This document shows positions 25,103-32,505 of a stretch of DNA of 32,505 bases, in pieces. The position numbers were made by a program, and so were the translations under genes. The notes below the pieces were generated by a model. It was given only the letters and a program-made list of their open reading frames with translations. It was not told the DNA's origin and searched no databases. Each line of letters opens with the position of its first letter. Positions within the stretch are counted from its first letter, which is position 1. The DNA is from a virus. The stretch lies in IMG/VR virus record IMGVR_UViG_3300027840_000004; one strand, given 5' to 3'.

Positions 25103-25513
25103 TTAAGAAACATTTTTATAAATCTCATATGTTTCCACCTCCTCTTTTATATTTGACTTTATTTGGTTAGTAGTTAGCGCCAAATAGTTGTTTAAAAAAC
25201 TTAATATAATCCAACCTGCTGTGGTCGTGATTATTGTTTTTGTTATCGTTTTTAACAACATTTGCGACTTTTTTGCGTCTTGGTTTTCCAGCTCGCAAGT
25301 GCGCATATCTAGTCCTTTTATCTTTTCGTCAAACTTCATCTCGAACTTCTCGAATAATTCAATAGTTTTGATGTTCCCGTCGGCGACCGCTTTTGTTATC
25401 ATTGTTGACAATTCAAACTTATCTTTTAGCGCTTGCTTGTCTTGATTATGATAATTTTCCTCTAATCGTCTTACTCGCTCATCAAGTCCTAGCATTGTTT
25501 GTGTATCATTCAT
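25103..25513 (-). CDS. Coiled-coil protein with a C-terminal TM anchor (XhlA-like?)
   Basis: LDERVRRLEENYHNQDKQ is followed by the TM segment IITTTAGWIILSFLNNYLAL. Confidence 0.35.
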   Translation of the reverse strand: MNDTQTMLGLDERVRRLEENYHNQDKQALKDKFELSTMITKAVADGNIKTIELFEKFEMKFDEKIKGLDMRTCELENQDAKKSQMLLKTITKTIITTTAGWIILSFLNNYLALTTNQIKSNIKEEVETYEIYKNVS

Positions 25514-25519
25514 ATGTTG

Positions 25520-26497
25520 TTACCCTCTATCACACTTCCATAATATTTTAAATTCTTTTCCGCTAAAATCCATATCTAATTCTGGAACATTCAAATAAGT
25601 AATTGTCGTAAAACTTTGCCCCGTTGGATAAGTTGCATTATACAACATTCCGTCATATTCAAATTTAACCGATTTTATTGCTCTATACTTCTGCGTTGGA
25701 TATAATGTCGAACTTGGATAAAGTGTTGTCTTTGGATACAATATATTATTTTCAATATAATAATTAGGAAATCCGCTAAACTCCAACTGACCCGCTGCGG
25801 TTTTAGTAATTGTTAAATCATAAATGCTATATTCCTCGCAGACATCATCTCCGTCAGCTTCTCCACACAAGTAAATTTTACTCAACGCAGTCGTTCTAAA
25901 ATCAACTTCATCACTCGTTGGTAAATATCTATAATCCGGTGTTACTTGAAGCACTCCGTTTACATACAACTCTTTTATATTCTCGTTTGTTGATATTTCA
26001 TCAGTCCTCGAAATATATAAAGCGTCAAAGAAACGATAAATAAAATCTAACTCGCGAATATCCAAATAAGACATTAAATAGTCATCTAAATATGTGCCAC
26101 GACCAAATCCTAAATAAGTTAATTCATTGCCTGTTTCAAATACTCCGCCAAAATTAAATGTACTTGTAATAACTCTCGTTTTATCAGTCAAATATTCCGT
26201 AACATTTTTAAACGAACTTTCGGTATCATACAACATAGTTGTTGAAGCGTCCGTCAGCGTGTTTGCCTGTGTCGTAATAAACGCGCTATAAAATAATTTT
26301 AAGTTTGGTTTTGTATAATCGCCAACAAATTGCGGGAACAAACTTTCGCCCAAATCGGTCGGCAACATATAAAACAATACATAGTCCAAATAATTATCAA
26401 GCAGCCTATTTTTCAAGGTCAACTTTTTAACTATTTTTCCGTCTTTTTCAAACAGCAAGTCAACTTGCTTATTCTCCATTTTAAACATTAACTTCAA
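25520..26497 (-). CDS. Tail tip / baseplate protein (unassigned)
   Basis: A 325-aa ORF downstream of the Dit-like gene. The call rests on synteny only. Confidence 0.4.
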   Translation of the reverse strand: MKLMFKMENKQVDLLFEKDGKIVKKLTLKNRLLDNYLDYVLFYMLPTDLGESLFPQFVGDYTKPNLKLFYSAFITTQANTLTDASTTMLYDTESSFKNVTEYLTDKTRVITSTFNFGGVFETGNELTYLGFGRGTYLDDYLMSYLDIRELDFIYRFFDALYISRTDEISTNENIKELYVNGVLQVTPDYRYLPTSDEVDFRTTALSKIYLCGEADGDDVCEEYSIYDLTITKTAAGQLEFSGFPNYYIENNILYPKTTLYPSSTLYPTQKYRAIKSVKFEYDGMLYNATYPTGQSFTTITYLNVPELDMDFSGKEFKILWKCDRG

Positions 26498-28010
26498 CTC
26501 CGTCCACTAATACATTTTGAGATAATACAGTCTTCTCATCTTGACTGTATAATACCTGCATTATATTCTTGATATCATTCTCGTCAACTTCGACATCCGG
26601 CTTCCTAAATATATCAATATAATTCTCTTTTAAATTACTTGACCTCGTTTCAATTCGTAAACTTTCAACTCCGCCATTGTTCATATATTCAATATCGGTA
26701 ATTATATAACTGCCCGCATTTATAAAAAACTGCGGTAAATCTATTGTTATCTTATTAGTAAGTTTTATTTTGTTTTTCAATGTTGTAAAGCTCGCATTAT
26801 CGCTATTCCCTTTTAGTCCAATTTCAACAATATTATTTTGTCTATTATTTTGACTTAATAAAGACTTCGCATATTCGGTTAACTCCGCAACTGTAAAATA
26901 CTTACCATACATCTGCACCGAACTTTCAACAATTCCAGAAGTGTTTAAAACTCCCTTGTTTGCCTCAATCTCAACTGGATCGATATATGTTGCTTTAAAC
27001 TTTTCTAAAACACAAGCTGAATATAGTAACTCCAATATTCCGTCCGGACCGCGATATTTAAATCCCACAATCGTATTATCGTTGTTCTGACTTTTTTCTA
27101 ATAGTATCAACTTCGCTGCGTCCTCATCATCAACGCCTAATATTCCGATATCGGCAGGAAATACTATAACTCCCGTACTAAATGATAAAGTGTAATTCTT
27201 TGGTGTAAATCCACCCTCTAACACTTCAAATCTTAATGCCAAGTCGCTGTTTTTAACTCTGCTAACTGCGTTGTTAGAAATAGTAACCGGTGTGTTAAAT
27301 TTATAACTTTCGCCTTGTGTCAATTCACTTATAAAATAGTTTGGATTTCCATCATTTATTAAATAGAAGTTGTTTAGGCTTAACTTATTCGTATAATCAA
27401 CCGCCTCGAACTTTGGTATTAAATATTCAATTCCGCTTTCTTCAATAGTTCCCGAAATATCAAGCACCGCTTCCGAAGCAATAATTCCGTCAATAGTTCT
27501 TAAATAAATCTTTTTCAACTCATCTACATAATAAGTAAACGAAAATCTATTTGCCAACTCATCAAGCGCCTTTTCAACTATCTGCGAAGAATATATCTTA
27601 CTAAAAGACAAGTTTTCCGGCAAGTCGTTATATTCTATTGTAAATCCGTCCTTACTTACTAAATCAGCAAGTATCGAAACAACACCCGCTTTTACAGTCA
27701 AGTTTGTGATGGTCTTTGATACAGTTCTTTTTGAAAAGTAGGTCTGTGGTGTCAACAAACTTATTGATAAGATCGCCGGAGTTTCCGAAGAAACGAACTT
27801 TGGAAGCGCAAAACTATCAACATACCCGTAAAAAATAACTGTGCTATCTTCCAAAATCTTAACTTCCTGATATTTGACCGGTAAATCTGCAACAACTTTA
27901 TCTCTAAAATCTATTTGTATATCGCTGAATTTCGTTTCTCGGCTCGAAGTACTTATTGTCGGTCTATTTAATAAACAATAATCGGTGTCGTTAAATCTCG
28001 CTACTATCAT
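26481..28010 (-). CDS. Distal tail protein (Dit-like, extended)
   Basis: A 509-aa ORF immediately after the tape measure gene, with start and stop overlapping. Confidence 0.5.
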   Translation of the reverse strand: MIVARFNDTDYCLLNRPTISTSSRETKFSDIQIDFRDKVVADLPVKYQEVKILEDSTVIFYGYVDSFALPKFVSSETPAILSISLLTPQTYFSKRTVSKTITNLTVKAGVVSILADLVSKDGFTIEYNDLPENLSFSKIYSSQIVEKALDELANRFSFTYYVDELKKIYLRTIDGIIASEAVLDISGTIEESGIEYLIPKFEAVDYTNKLSLNNFYLINDGNPNYFISELTQGESYKFNTPVTISNNAVSRVKNSDLALRFEVLEGGFTPKNYTLSFSTGVIVFPADIGILGVDDEDAAKLILLEKSQNNDNTIVGFKYRGPDGILELLYSACVLEKFKATYIDPVEIEANKGVLNTSGIVESSVQMYGKYFTVAELTEYAKSLLSQNNRQNNIVEIGLKGNSDNASFTTLKNKIKLTNKITIDLPQFFINAGSYIITDIEYMNNGGVESLRIETRSSNLKENYIDIFRKPDVEVDENDIKNIMQVLYSQDEKTVLSQNVLVDGVEVNV

Positions 28011-29488
28011 TATAAATTACCTCCTCCAAGTTTTACTGTTTGCGTGATGTAAGGTGTTAAGCCTCTACTAACAACGCGTCCGTCCAACTCGATATTTGGC
28101 TGTTGAACATAAATCGTTGTCATTCCGTTTATGCCACTTCCACCCGCTGCTGGATTATATTTTTTAGGTACGACTGCTTCGCCTTGGTGTAAGAATGCAA
28201 GTCCGTCTCCTTGTACCATATTTGTTCCAACATCTAACATTGGTATTTTAGGTATTGAAAATGTTAAGTTTTTAATTTTCTTTTGTCCAAGTCCTTCAAG
28301 TATTCCGTTCATACCATCTATTAAAACGTTCAAAGGTGTTAAAGCGTTTTTAACAAAAAAGTTAATTCCACCCACTAAATTATTTATCATACTATTAAAC
28401 ATATTTGTAATGCCTTTAAAAATATTCCAAAGTCCGGTTTTTAACCAATTGAACGAAGTCATAAATGCTTTTGCGACTTCATTAGCAGCCCATTTAACTT
28501 TATCAAAATGTTTTACTAATAATATAATTGCAATTATAATTGCTCCTATAACTAGAACAATCGGGTTCATCGCTAAAAAGTTTAATGCAAGTGAAACACC
28601 TTTTATTACTGTTATTAAGTTTCCAAAAATAACTAACAATGGTCCCATAACTGCAATAACACCAAGAATAATCAATATAGTTTTCTTTTGTCCATCAGTC
28701 AATTGACTAAACCACGAAACAACACTTGATAATCCTGTAACTAATTTCAACGCAATTGGTAATAATATAGCGCCCATTTGTGTTGATAATTCTTTTATCT
28801 TCTCGCCGGCCATTCTACTTTGGTTCGCCATTCCGTCGCTAGTTCTTGCAAAGTCGCCTTGTGCTTTTGAAGTCTTTTCCATTACAAATTGATATCTCAA
28901 TTGTACTTTTTCCGCTTGTGTCATTTTGTCTATTGTTTTTTTTATCTTTTTAACGCGTCTAAACTCCTCTAAATTTGTTTCGGTCATTACTATTCCTAAA
29001 CCTTTTAAACTCTCTGTCTCGCCCGTAAAAATGCCTTTTAACGCGGTAGAAGCTACATCTTGTCGAACATTCTTAAACGAAGCTAAGTCAGCTGATAATT
29101 GTGTCAACTCCATTGCCATATCCGCAGCGCCATCTTCGGCAATTCCCATACCTGTACCCATATCGCCGAATAACGCTGCGCTATCTAGTGCTGTTTGTTG
29201 TGCTAACCCCATTGATTTGATAGAAGTTTTCGCCCAATTTTTTACACCTTGTGCACTGTCGCCGAACGAAACATTTACTTTATTTATTGTTTCATCTAAA
29301 TCGCTCGCCATTTTAACACTTGCAACGCCTAAACCAACGATTGGCAAGGTCAATCCCATTGTCAATCCTTTTCCTGCATTTTTAAACTTATTGCTCAAAG
29401 CGTCGGCTTTTTGTCCAAGACTATCCATATGCTTATTAGCACTTGTTTCGTCCAAGGTAACTTTTATTTTTAATTCTCCGTCATTCAT
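28010..29488 (-). CDS. Tail tape measure protein
   Basis: A 492-aa ORF with a helical N-terminus, the core MGLAQQTALDSAALFGDMGTGMG, and hydrophobic segments. It follows the G/GT chaperones. Confidence 0.8.
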   Translation of the reverse strand: MNDGELKIKVTLDETSANKHMDSLGQKADALSNKFKNAGKGLTMGLTLPIVGLGVASVKMASDLDETINKVNVSFGDSAQGVKNWAKTSIKSMGLAQQTALDSAALFGDMGTGMGIAEDGAADMAMELTQLSADLASFKNVRQDVASTALKGIFTGETESLKGLGIVMTETNLEEFRRVKKIKKTIDKMTQAEKVQLRYQFVMEKTSKAQGDFARTSDGMANQSRMAGEKIKELSTQMGAILLPIALKLVTGLSSVVSWFSQLTDGQKKTILIILGVIAVMGPLLVIFGNLITVIKGVSLALNFLAMNPIVLVIGAIIIAIILLVKHFDKVKWAANEVAKAFMTSFNWLKTGLWNIFKGITNMFNSMINNLVGGINFFVKNALTPLNVLIDGMNGILEGLGQKKIKNLTFSIPKIPMLDVGTNMVQGDGLAFLHQGEAVVPKKYNPAAGGSGINGMTTIYVQQPNIELDGRVVSRGLTPYITQTVKLGGGNL

Positions 29489-30110
29489 TTATATCACCCG
29501 CTTTCGTCTTTACGTAATTGTATAATCTTTCAAGTCCGCTATCTATTGACTTTGGATTTGGAAGAGCATATTGTCTTTTTTTATCCATATTGAACTTGTG
29601 TTCTTTTTGTTCGGCAGTTTTATAACTTCCGCTCGGTTTCTCATAAGTCCTATATTGAATAACTTTTCCTATTGTTGAATGTTCTTGTAAAAATATTCCC
29701 TCCAAAATTGTATCGAACTCCCACCAAGATATATTATCTTTGTTTAAGTCAATCCCCATTTTTTTAAAGTCAACATAATAATATTTAAAATCAAGTTCAA
29801 GGTCAAAGACTTTTTCGCCTCCACCTTTATTATTCGTATTAAATAAATATTTTGCTATTTCATCAAGAACGAAAGACCTATCTTTCTCCTCAATTTCTAT
29901 TTTTAATAATTCCATACCTTTTCGTACTTTAAAATTATTGTCAAAATCACTAGAAAACAGATTTAAAAGGCTTAAAACAACCTTAAAAGATAAATCAATT
30001 TTATATATTCTATCGTCAATTTTTAAGGTGTCTAATTGCCCGAAATCTTGCGTAGGTCGGAAATCATAGTATTTGAACGTTCTGCCTTTTTCCCTATAAA
30101 GGCTTTCCAA
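29481..30110 (-). CDS. Tail assembly chaperone, -1 frameshift extension (GT-like)
   Basis: The ORF is in the -1 frame relative to 30032..30451 and overlaps it by 79 nt. It has no independent ATG or SD, and it is reached from the T8 slippery run. Confidence 0.65.
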   Translation of the reverse strand: MESLYREKGRTFKYYDFRPTQDFGQLDTLKIDDRIYKIDLSFKVVLSLLNLFSSDFDNNFKVRKGMELLKIEIEEKDRSFVLDEIAKYLFNTNNKGGGEKVFDLELDFKYYYVDFKKMGIDLNKDNISWWEFDTILEGIFLQEHSTIGKVIQYRTYEKPSGSYKTAEQKEHKFNMDKKRQYALPNPKSIDSGLERLYNYVKTKAGDINE

Positions 30111-30451
30111 AAAAAATCAAACATTGCCTCGGTCATTTCTAAATACTTAAACTCGCCTACTGCCTCTTTAAATGGTGCTTTATGTTCTTTAAAACATATG
30201 TCCTCGAAGCGTTCTTGATTTGCAATTGTTATTTCGTTTATTCTTTGGTCGGCTTTTTCTTTATCTTCATCATTCAACTTATTATAATTTTTAGCAATTT
30301 TTAAACTTTCCTCGTTTATAATAATTTCGTTAATCTCTTTATTCTCCGCTCCTGTCAATTGCATTTGAAATTCGTAAATTGTTTCCCCGTTCTCATTTTC
30401 TGCCTTTATAGTTTCATCAACTTCGTATTTTTTACTTGTTAATACTATCAT
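30032..30451 (-). CDS. Tail assembly chaperone (G-like)
   Basis: A 139-aa acidic protein between the major tail and tape measure genes. The SD is AAGGAGGAAAAG. Confidence 0.7.
   Translation of the reverse strand: MIVLTSKKYEVDETIKAENENGETIYEFQMQLTGAENKEINEIIINEESLKIAKNYNKLNDEDKEKADQRINEITIANQERFEDICFKEHKAPFKEAVGEFKYLEMTEAMFDFFWKAFIGKKAERSNTMISDLRKISGN
30109..30116 (-). promoter_or_regulatory. Programmed -1 ribosomal frameshift slippery site
   Basis: On the minus strand: GAT TTT TTT TGG (T8, heptamer T_TTT_TTT). A -1 slip continues TTG GAA AGC, the start of the 209-aa frame. Confidence 0.65.
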
Positions 30452-30469
30452 TTCTTTTCCTCCTTATAT

Positions 30470-30499
30470 ATAAAAATAAGAGAGCATAATAGCTCCCTT
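30470..30499 (-). terminator. Hairpin plus U-tract after the major tail gene (partial terminator)
   Basis: On the minus strand: AAGGGAG-ctattatg-CTCTCTT followed by ATTTTTAT. Confidence 0.45.
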
Positions 30500-30935
30500 A
30501 TGCTGAATAATCAGTCTCTACAAATGTTGCGTTGTCATAAACTTTTAAATCAAAGTCAATTTGTAAAACTTCTTCGGTAACTGCTGAATAAGTAATTCCG
30601 CTTAAAGTTGCTGTGAAAACTAATTGTTTTCCACTTGTTCCTTTTAGTAAGTTAACAATTTTAACATCTGCTGTTGCTGCTGAACCTACTGCGTACTCTT
30701 TCGCAATTATAAATTGTGCTACTGCGTCAGATTTTGCAAATTTGAAACTTGTTGACCAAGTTGGATCAATTGCAGTTTTAACATTGTTTGCTATTGCTGA
30801 ACATAAATCATTCCAAGTATCTAATGTTTCTCCTTGGTCATAATCAAGGTTAAGTGGGCAAAGTTCTGTAAATGCTGGTGTCTCAGTTGCAGATATATCA
30901 AAAAATAATTTGAATTTTGTTGCTGAACTTTCCAT
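30498..30935 (-). CDS. Major tail protein
   Basis: A 145-aa ORF upstream of the chaperone pair, followed by a hairpin. Both the position and the size are typical. Confidence 0.65.
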   Translation of the reverse strand: MESSATKFKLFFDISATETPAFTELCPLNLDYDQGETLDTWNDLCSAIANNVKTAIDPTWSTSFKFAKSDAVAQFIIAKEYAVGSAATADVKIVNLLKGTSGKQLVFTATLSGITYSAVTEEVLQIDFDLKVYDNATFVETDYSA

Positions 30936-30948
30936 AAAATCTTCCTCT

Positions 30949-31344
30949 CTATATTACCTTTGCGCGAAAAGTAATATTATATACATTTCGTTGGTTTTCG
31001 TCTTTTCCAACATAAGTTGGAGTGGTGTTTGCTAGTATCATAATAATTTTATTTCCTGTGCCAAACGATACATCTTGTTTTCTATCTAATGAATTATAAA
31101 TTTCATCACATAGAGTTCTAGTTGTATTATCATTTTCGCTACCTCGGACAATAACTCTGAAAGTTTGGTCAAAGTAATTCACGCCACACAAGTTGTAATC
31201 TGGTGTACCACCTAATAAGGTTACGGCACAAATGTTATCGCCCGTCTGGGGCAGTTGTGGGGTAAAAACTTGCGTAAGTACCAAACTTGTATTATCCGCA
31301 ATAATGTTTCTAATTTTAGTTATAAACGCTTCCGTATCTAACAT
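30949..31344 (-). CDS. Tail completion / tail terminator-like protein
   Basis: A 131-aa ORF. The call rests on synteny only. Confidence 0.4.
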   Translation of the reverse strand: MLDTEAFITKIRNIIADNTSLVLTQVFTPQLPQTGDNICAVTLLGGTPDYNLCGVNYFDQTFRVIVRGSENDNTTRTLCDEIYNSLDRKQDVSFGTGNKIIMILANTTPTYVGKDENQRNVYNITFRAKVI

Positions 31345-31348
31345 AACA

Positions 31349-31705
31349 TCACTCTTTCTTTTGTTGATTTATTATTTCGGCGATCATTTTTAAATATTTC
31401 GCCTTGTTTTCAATTTTAGTTCGCTCAAACCATTGAGGAACTGCACTTCTATTACCTGGACCGGCATTTATACCACTCGTATAATATAACCAGCGCACTT
31501 GTGGGGCTTTAATAAGTATAAGACCTTTCTTGAAGTCGCTTCTAGTTTCTCCGCTGTCATACATAGTTTGCGTATCTATATACGTAAACTCTTTGCTGTC
31601 TTTATAATACTGCTTTGTAACTTTCGGCAATGCTTTTTCGACCGATTTTTTTACTACATCGTCCACCCACTTGAACGCTTGATTGAAACTAGTGAATTGC
31701 TTCAT
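31349..31705 (-). CDS. Head-tail joining protein (gp10-like position)
   Basis: A 118-aa ORF. The call rests on synteny only. Confidence 0.4.
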   Translation of the reverse strand: MKQFTSFNQAFKWVDDVVKKSVEKALPKVTKQYYKDSKEFTYIDTQTMYDSGETRSDFKKGLILIKAPQVRWLYYTSGINAGPGNRSAVPQWFERTKIENKAKYLKMIAEIINQQKKE

Positions 31706-32034
31706 TATTTCAACATAATTTCGTAGTGGTGTGCCTTGTCCGTGTATAGTGTTTCAACATCAATAATATGGTAAATATGGCTATCAAATGTTATCTTGCT
31801 TCCCACAATAGGTTCTTCGGTAAATCCGCCCGAGTTTACTAAATCATAAAACATAAGCGCGTTGCCGATTATCTCGTTGCCGTCTAATGCTCTAAAACTT
31901 TGCTTTTTCTTTTCAATGCGTATATCAGTTAAACTGACATTTGCGCCGAATGAAATTCCCTCGCCCGTATCTCCTAAATACTTATTATATGTCGCTGTGT
32001 GTATTAAAAGATTTTTCGGAATTGGTTTTACCAA
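31705..32034 (-). CDS. Head closure / head-tail adaptor protein
   Basis: A 109-aa ORF with a TTG start preceded by the SD GGAGGA at 8 nt. The functional call rests on synteny. Confidence 0.45.
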   Translation of the reverse strand: MVKPIPKNLLIHTATYNKYLGDTGEGISFGANVSLTDIRIEKKKQSFRALDGNEIIGNALMFYDLVNSGGFTEEPIVGSKITFDSHIYHIIDVETLYTDKAHHYEIMLK

Positions 32035-32146
32035 TTTTCTTGTCCTCCAACACTTTCCAACCCGCCATTAAATACCATTTTAAAGCCCCCTCAGGCACTT
32101 CTCTTATTACTGCTCCTATTTTTACCTTGAACATTTTATCTTTCAT
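31985..32146 (-). CDS. Small hypothetical protein (53 aa)
   Basis: It falls below the track cutoff. It translates as MKDKMFKVKIGAVIREVPEGALKWYLMAGWKVLEDKKIGKTNSEKSFNTHSDI. The SD is AAGGAGG, and the start overlaps the connector stop (ATGA). Confidence 0.45.
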   Translation of the reverse strand: MKDKMFKVKIGAVIREVPEGALKWYLMAGWKVLEDKKIGKTNSEKSFNTHSDI

Positions 32147-32505
32147 ATGACCCTCCTTGTAAGCCCTGCGTCAACAAGATATCTTCTCGACTTCGGACTT
32201 ATTTTATAGTAGCCATCTTTTCCCGCTGTGTTTCCCTGCGCTGATGAAAATTTGCCAATTGTAAAACTTTCGCTATCATAACTATTATCGTCGTTTTCTT
32301 CATTGAATAAAACTTGATAAGCAGTCGCTAGCTTTAAATTTGTAGGAGCGTTAGAAGTGTCGTAAAGATTATAATTGTCGCGCATATGATATTTCATCAA
32401 TTCGCTCGCCTCGTAAATTTTTATATTATCCGAAGCTGTATAACTTGACACTCCTAGTATTTCATTTAATTCGGCATAAGTTATATATGCTGTTCTTGTA
32501 ATTGC
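32143..32505 (-). CDS. Head-tail connector (gp6-like) protein; runs off the window, with its start codon at 128-130 after circularisation
   Basis: The frame is open to the last base and in frame with the ATG at 128-130. The full product is 121 aa. The gene follows the capsid gene in transcription order. Confidence 0.65.
   Translation of the reverse strand, partial: AITRTAYITYAELNEILGVSSYTASDNIKIYEASELMKYHMRDNYNLYDTSNAPTNLKLATAYQVLFNEENDDNSYDSESFTIGKFSSAQGNTAGKDGYYKISPKSRRYLVDAGLTRRVI
32379..32505. repeat. Second copy of the 127-bp terminal repeat
   Basis: It is identical to 1..127. Confidence 0.95.

Noticed and set aside
28131-29525. Long plus-strand ORFs (28131..28706 at 191 aa, 28926..29525 at 199 aa), and all other plus-strand ORFs in the track.
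   Set aside because: They lie entirely antisense to well-supported minus-strand genes (here the tape measure gene). They lack SD sequences and have low-complexity Ser/Phe/Ile/Leu-rich translations typical of shadow frames in AT-rich DNA.
1-32505. A search for tRNA or rRNA genes, integrase or recombinase, CI/Cro-type repressors, reverse transcriptase (retron/DGR) and toxin-antitoxin pairs.
   Set aside because: No cloverleaf-like or rRNA-like segments were noticed. No ORF carries recombinase, RT (YxDD) or recognisable toxin motifs. This is a by-eye negative result, so it is not definitive.

Overview
The window is a complete, circularly closed genome of an AT-rich tailed dsDNA phage. The first 127 nt recur exactly at 32379..32505, so the unique length is 32,378 bp. 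SD sites are Firmicutes-style and the gene order is siphovirus-like. Every credible gene is on the minus strand, and the plus-strand ORFs in the track look like antisense shadows. In transcription order (descending coordinates, wrapping the junction) the modules are as follows. (1) An early region of small ORFs starts at a consensus promoter near 22.75 kb and includes YopX, an AbrB-like protein and many micro-ORFs. (2) A DNA modification, recombination and replication block follows: a beta-class N6/N4 methyltransferase, a PD-(D/E)XK nuclease::Sak4-like ATPase fusion, DUF669, two RHH regulators, a DUF927 helicase/primase, an iteron-rich putative origin, a circularly permuted C5 methyltransferase, an ERCC4-like nuclease, a DUF5664-like protein and an HNH endonuclease. 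(3) Next is a roughly 570-nt promoter-to-terminator noncoding unit with extensive strand-specific secondary structure. (4) A metallophosphoesterase plus sigma-factor cassette comes next. (5) The late module runs terS, terL, portal, MuF-like protein, scaffold, capsid, connector genes, major tail protein, G/GT chaperone with a -1 frameshift site, tape measure, distal tail proteins, holin and a circularly permuted M23 peptidase lysin. I found no integrase, CI-type repressor, tRNA or CRISPR array. The most unusual element is the large structured noncoding RNA candidate at about 8135..8704. All functional calls come from by-eye motif recognition and synteny, with no database search.
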